Shown one piece after another: positions 61,311 to 64,000 of a stretch of DNA of 64,000 nucleotides. A model generated the notes under the pieces. That model was given only the letters and a program-made list of their open reading frames with translations. It did no database searches and was not told the DNA's origin. Origin of the DNA: an uncultured SAR86 cluster bacterium (lineage in GTDB: Bacteria; Pseudomonadota; Gammaproteobacteria; Magnimaribacterales; AG-339-G14); the NCBI GenBank assembly GCA_902594855.1, contig CACJNS010000002.1, forward strand, positions 18,003 through 82,002, read 5' to 3'. The position numbers and the translations under genes were made by a program. Every line of letters starts with the position of its first letter. The stretch's first letter is position 1.

Positions 61311-61858
61311 AATTCTTAACTTTCATTGTAATGATTTTTTCTTCAACCTTTGTTTTATCCGAAGTTTTTGAAGACCCAAAACCTTTGTTTTCAAAACATA
61401 ATCCTAACTTTGTTGAATCATCTAAGGAAGTCAATTCTTGGCCAATAAAAAGATTGCATGTGAAAGAATTTCAACCTCTTGCTTTTTGGGGAAAAGACCA
61501 GATACTGACCCAATCTGGTCGCCTCCTCAAATTTAAAACAAAAGAAAATTTGAAGTTAGTTAATATTGAAGCAAACAGAAATAATATTGACTTTGTCTTA
61601 AGGTATTTTTTTGAGCTAAATCAAATTTTGAAAGGATCTAACTTGGTTCTTAATAGAATTCTAATTGAAGAGTTTGATTTAATGACCTTAGAGGATAATT
61701 CCGGCATAAGGTTTCACATGAATAAATCAAAAATAGAAATTCAATTAGAAAACCTTAAAACATTCCTGAAGAGCGAATACTTTAACAACATAAAAGATAC
61801 CTTTTCATATTTAGATTTAAGGTATCAAAACAAAGGAGCAATTGGGTTAAGGGATTAA
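61307..61858 (+). CDS. ftsQ: truncated FtsQ/DivIB (beta domain, most of POTRA missing; GTG start)
   Basis: WPIKRLHVKEFQPLAFW...SGRL and C-terminal YLDLRYQNKGAIG; directly upstream of ftsA. Confidence 0.8.
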   Translation: MKFLTFIVMIFSSTFVLSEVFEDPKPLFSKHNPNFVESSKEVNSWPIKRLHVKEFQPLAFWGKDQILTQSGRLLKFKTKENLKLVNIEANRNNIDFVLRYFFELNQILKGSNLVLNRILIEEFDLMTLEDNSGIRFHMNKSKIEIQLENLKTFLKSEYFNNIKDTFSYLDLRYQNKGAIGLRD

Positions 61859-61859
61859 T

Positions 61860-63089
61860 ATGGCCAGCAACGGATCAAATAACATCAGAGTAGGTATTGA
61901 CATAGGCACCTCGAAAGTCGTGTGTCTAATCGCTGAATATGTTGATCACGAATTACGAGTTATCGGCTTAGGAAGCCAAACTTCTCAAGGTTTAAAAAAC
62001 GGTGTGATTGTTGATATTGAATCAACTGTATCCGCAATAGAATCCGCGGTAAATGATGCAGAATTGATGTCTGGAAAACAAGTTACATCAGCTTTTGTAG
62101 GTATAAGTGGAGGTCATATAAATGGTTTAAATTCTGAAGGTGTTGTAGGTATTAAAGATAAAAAAGTCAAAGTTAGTGATGTTGATAGAGTCATCACTGC
62201 CGCACAAGCATATGCTATTCCAGATGACTCTCAATTGCTTCATGTTCTGCCAAGAGACTACATTATTGATCAACAAAATGGCATTAAAGAACCTCTTGGA
62301 ATGGCTGGCGTCAGACTGGAGACCAAAGTTCATTTAGTCACCTGTAACAGGAACTCTGCTCAAAACATATCCTCTTGTATGAAAGCTTGTGGTATTACTG
62401 TTGAAGGATTTGTTTTGGAGCAACTAGCGTCAAGTTACTCCGTCCTATCAGAAGATGAAAAAGAGCTGGGAACGTGTTTAATTGACATGGGCGGTGGAAC
62501 TTCAGACGTTGCAGTTTTTCAAAATGGAGCGATAAGTCATACAGCTAATATTCCAACTTCAGGCGATCATATTACTAAAGACATTGCTAGAGCGCTTCAA
62601 ACTCCAAGTATGCAAGCAGAAGAACTTAAGAAGAAGTATGGCTGTGCTTCAAGCTCGATAATTCATGAGAATGAAACAATTGAGGTTCCAGGTATGGCAG
62701 GAAGAAAAAATAAAATTTTCTCAAGAATGGCCCTAGCCAGTGTAATAGAGCAAAGGTATTTGGATATTTTTGGCTTAATAAAACAAAAACTTAACTTATC
62801 TTCTTTAGAAAATAATATTCCCGCTGGGATTGTAATCACAGGTGGAACATCCAGAATGGAAGGAGTAGCTCAATTAGCAGAGGAAGTTTTTAATGCTCCT
62901 GTTCGTATTGGTTCGCCATCAGGATTGATAGGATTGAGCGATATTTTAAGGAATCCAATATATGCAACTGCTGTAGGGTTGGTTTTATATAGCCAGAAAT
63001 CACAAGAAGAAGACCATATGAACTATCTGTTCATGAAAGATAAGAACATTTTTAACAAAGCTTTTAGATGGATCCAAAACAATTTCTAA
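61860..63089 (+). CDS. ftsA: cell division protein FtsA
   Basis: GIDIGTSKV, IDMGGGTSD and VITGGTSRMEG motifs, C-terminal amphipathic helix. Confidence 0.98.
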   Translation: MASNGSNNIRVGIDIGTSKVVCLIAEYVDHELRVIGLGSQTSQGLKNGVIVDIESTVSAIESAVNDAELMSGKQVTSAFVGISGGHINGLNSEGVVGIKDKKVKVSDVDRVITAAQAYAIPDDSQLLHVLPRDYIIDQQNGIKEPLGMAGVRLETKVHLVTCNRNSAQNISSCMKACGITVEGFVLEQLASSYSVLSEDEKELGTCLIDMGGGTSDVAVFQNGAISHTANIPTSGDHITKDIARALQTPSMQAEELKKKYGCASSSIIHENETIEVPGMAGRKNKIFSRMALASVIEQRYLDIFGLIKQKLNLSSLENNIPAGIVITGGTSRMEGVAQLAEEVFNAPVRIGSPSGLIGLSDILRNPIYATAVGLVLYSQKSQEEDHMNYLFMKDKNIFNKAFRWIQNNF

Positions 63090-63107
63090 TTTAAATAAGG
63101 AGGGACT

Positions 63108-64000
63108 ATGAACTGGACCGTTGTAGAAAATGAAACTAAATCATCTGCTCTTATAAGAGTAGTTGGAGTAGGTGGAGCTGGAGGAAACGCAGTGAACCAT
63201 ATGGTTGAAAGCGGTATCGAAGGCGTGCAAATGATTTGTGCTAATACAGATGAGCAAGCGCTTGATACCAACTTAGCAGAATTAAAAATTACTCTTGGGA
63301 CTGGTATTTCGAATGGTCTTGGAGCAGGAGGGAAACCTGAGGTTGGAAGAGATGCTGCTCTTGATGATCTTGAAAGAATTAAAACCTTGCTTGAGGGTTC
63401 AGATATGGTTTTTGTTGCAGCAGGAATGGGTGGCGGTACTGGAACTGGTGCAGCCCCAATTGTTGCTAGAGCTGCTAAAGAAATAGGTGCTTTGACAGTT
63501 GCAGTAGTCACCAAGCCATTAGAGCTTGAAATGAGAGATCAAATTGCAGATGCTGGTTTAAAAGAACTTACTGATGAAGTTGATTCACTAATCGCAATCC
63601 CTAACCAAAAATTATTGGAAGTTCTTGGAAGAGAACATAGTCTTCTTGATGCCTTCAAGCAAGCAAACGATGTTTTACTTGGAGCTGTTAGAGGTATATC
63701 AGATATCATCACACAAACCGGGCTCGTAAATGTTGATTTTCAAGATGTTAAAACAGTAATGTCAGAAAAAGGAACGGCTATGATGGGAACGGGAATTGCA
63801 AATGGGCCAAGCAGGGCAAAAGAGGCAGCCTCCGCAGCTGTAGGAAGTCCACTATTAGAAGATATTAATCTAGAAAACGCAAAAGGAGTTCTTGTTAATA
63901 TCACAGCTGGGCCAGATATGAAAACGGGTGAAATTGAGGAAGTTCTCGCCTTGGTAAGAGAATTTGCTGCTCAAGATGCAACAATCATACACGGTGTGGC
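63108..64000 (+). CDS. ftsZ: cell division protein FtsZ (runs off the window end)
   Basis: Manual translation from ATG 63108: VGVGGAGGNAVNHM, GMGGGTGTGAAP and NVDFQDV; AGGAGG Shine-Dalgarno. Confidence 0.98.
   Translation, partial: MNWTVVENETKSSALIRVVGVGGAGGNAVNHMVESGIEGVQMICANTDEQALDTNLAELKITLGTGISNGLGAGGKPEVGRDAALDDLERIKTLLEGSDMVFVAAGMGGGTGTGAAPIVARAAKEIGALTVAVVTKPLELEMRDQIADAGLKELTDEVDSLIAIPNQKLLEVLGREHSLLDAFKQANDVLLGAVRGISDIITQTGLVNVDFQDVKTVMSEKGTAMMGTGIANGPSRAKEAASAAVGSPLLEDINLENAKGVLVNITAGPDMKTGEIEEVLALVREFAAQDATIIHGV

Overview
AT-rich, extremely compact core-genome segment of a streamlined marine gammaproteobacterium. Gene order resembles Pseudomonadales, and the low GC, tiny spacers and gene losses resemble the SAR86 clade; the taxon is an inference. 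The window holds about 65 housekeeping CDSs, 4 tRNAs and the RNase P RNA, in blocks such as valS-holC-pepA|lptFG, map-dapC-dapD, carAB-greA-rlmE-ftsH-folP-glmM-tpiA-secG, rimP-nusA-infB-rbfA-truB-rpsO-pnp, ispE-prs-rplY-pth-ychF, prfA-prmC-moeB, gatCAB|mreBCD, kdsD-lptC-lptB-mgtE, murA-hisGD, rplM-rpsI-petABC-sspA and a collapsed dcw cluster. I saw no mobile element, CRISPR array or prophage. The most notable signal is a coherent miniaturisation of the cell-envelope machinery. The dcw cluster has lost ten peptidoglycan genes (mraZ-rsmH-ftsL-ftsQ-ftsA-ftsZ remain), FtsQ lacks most of its POTRA domain, LptC appears naturally fused to LptA, the DegS-like protease has no PDZ domain, LpoA is half-length and mlaC is orphaned. 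Also notable: a cytoplasmic O-GlcNAcase-like (GH84) gene coupled to prfA-prmC-moeB, an unannotated 53-aa membrane microprotein coupled to dapD, a leader-peptide/terminator attenuator upstream of carA, and a 10-bp-periodic GTG MraZ operator. All calls rest on motif recognition and recalled synteny, not database searches.
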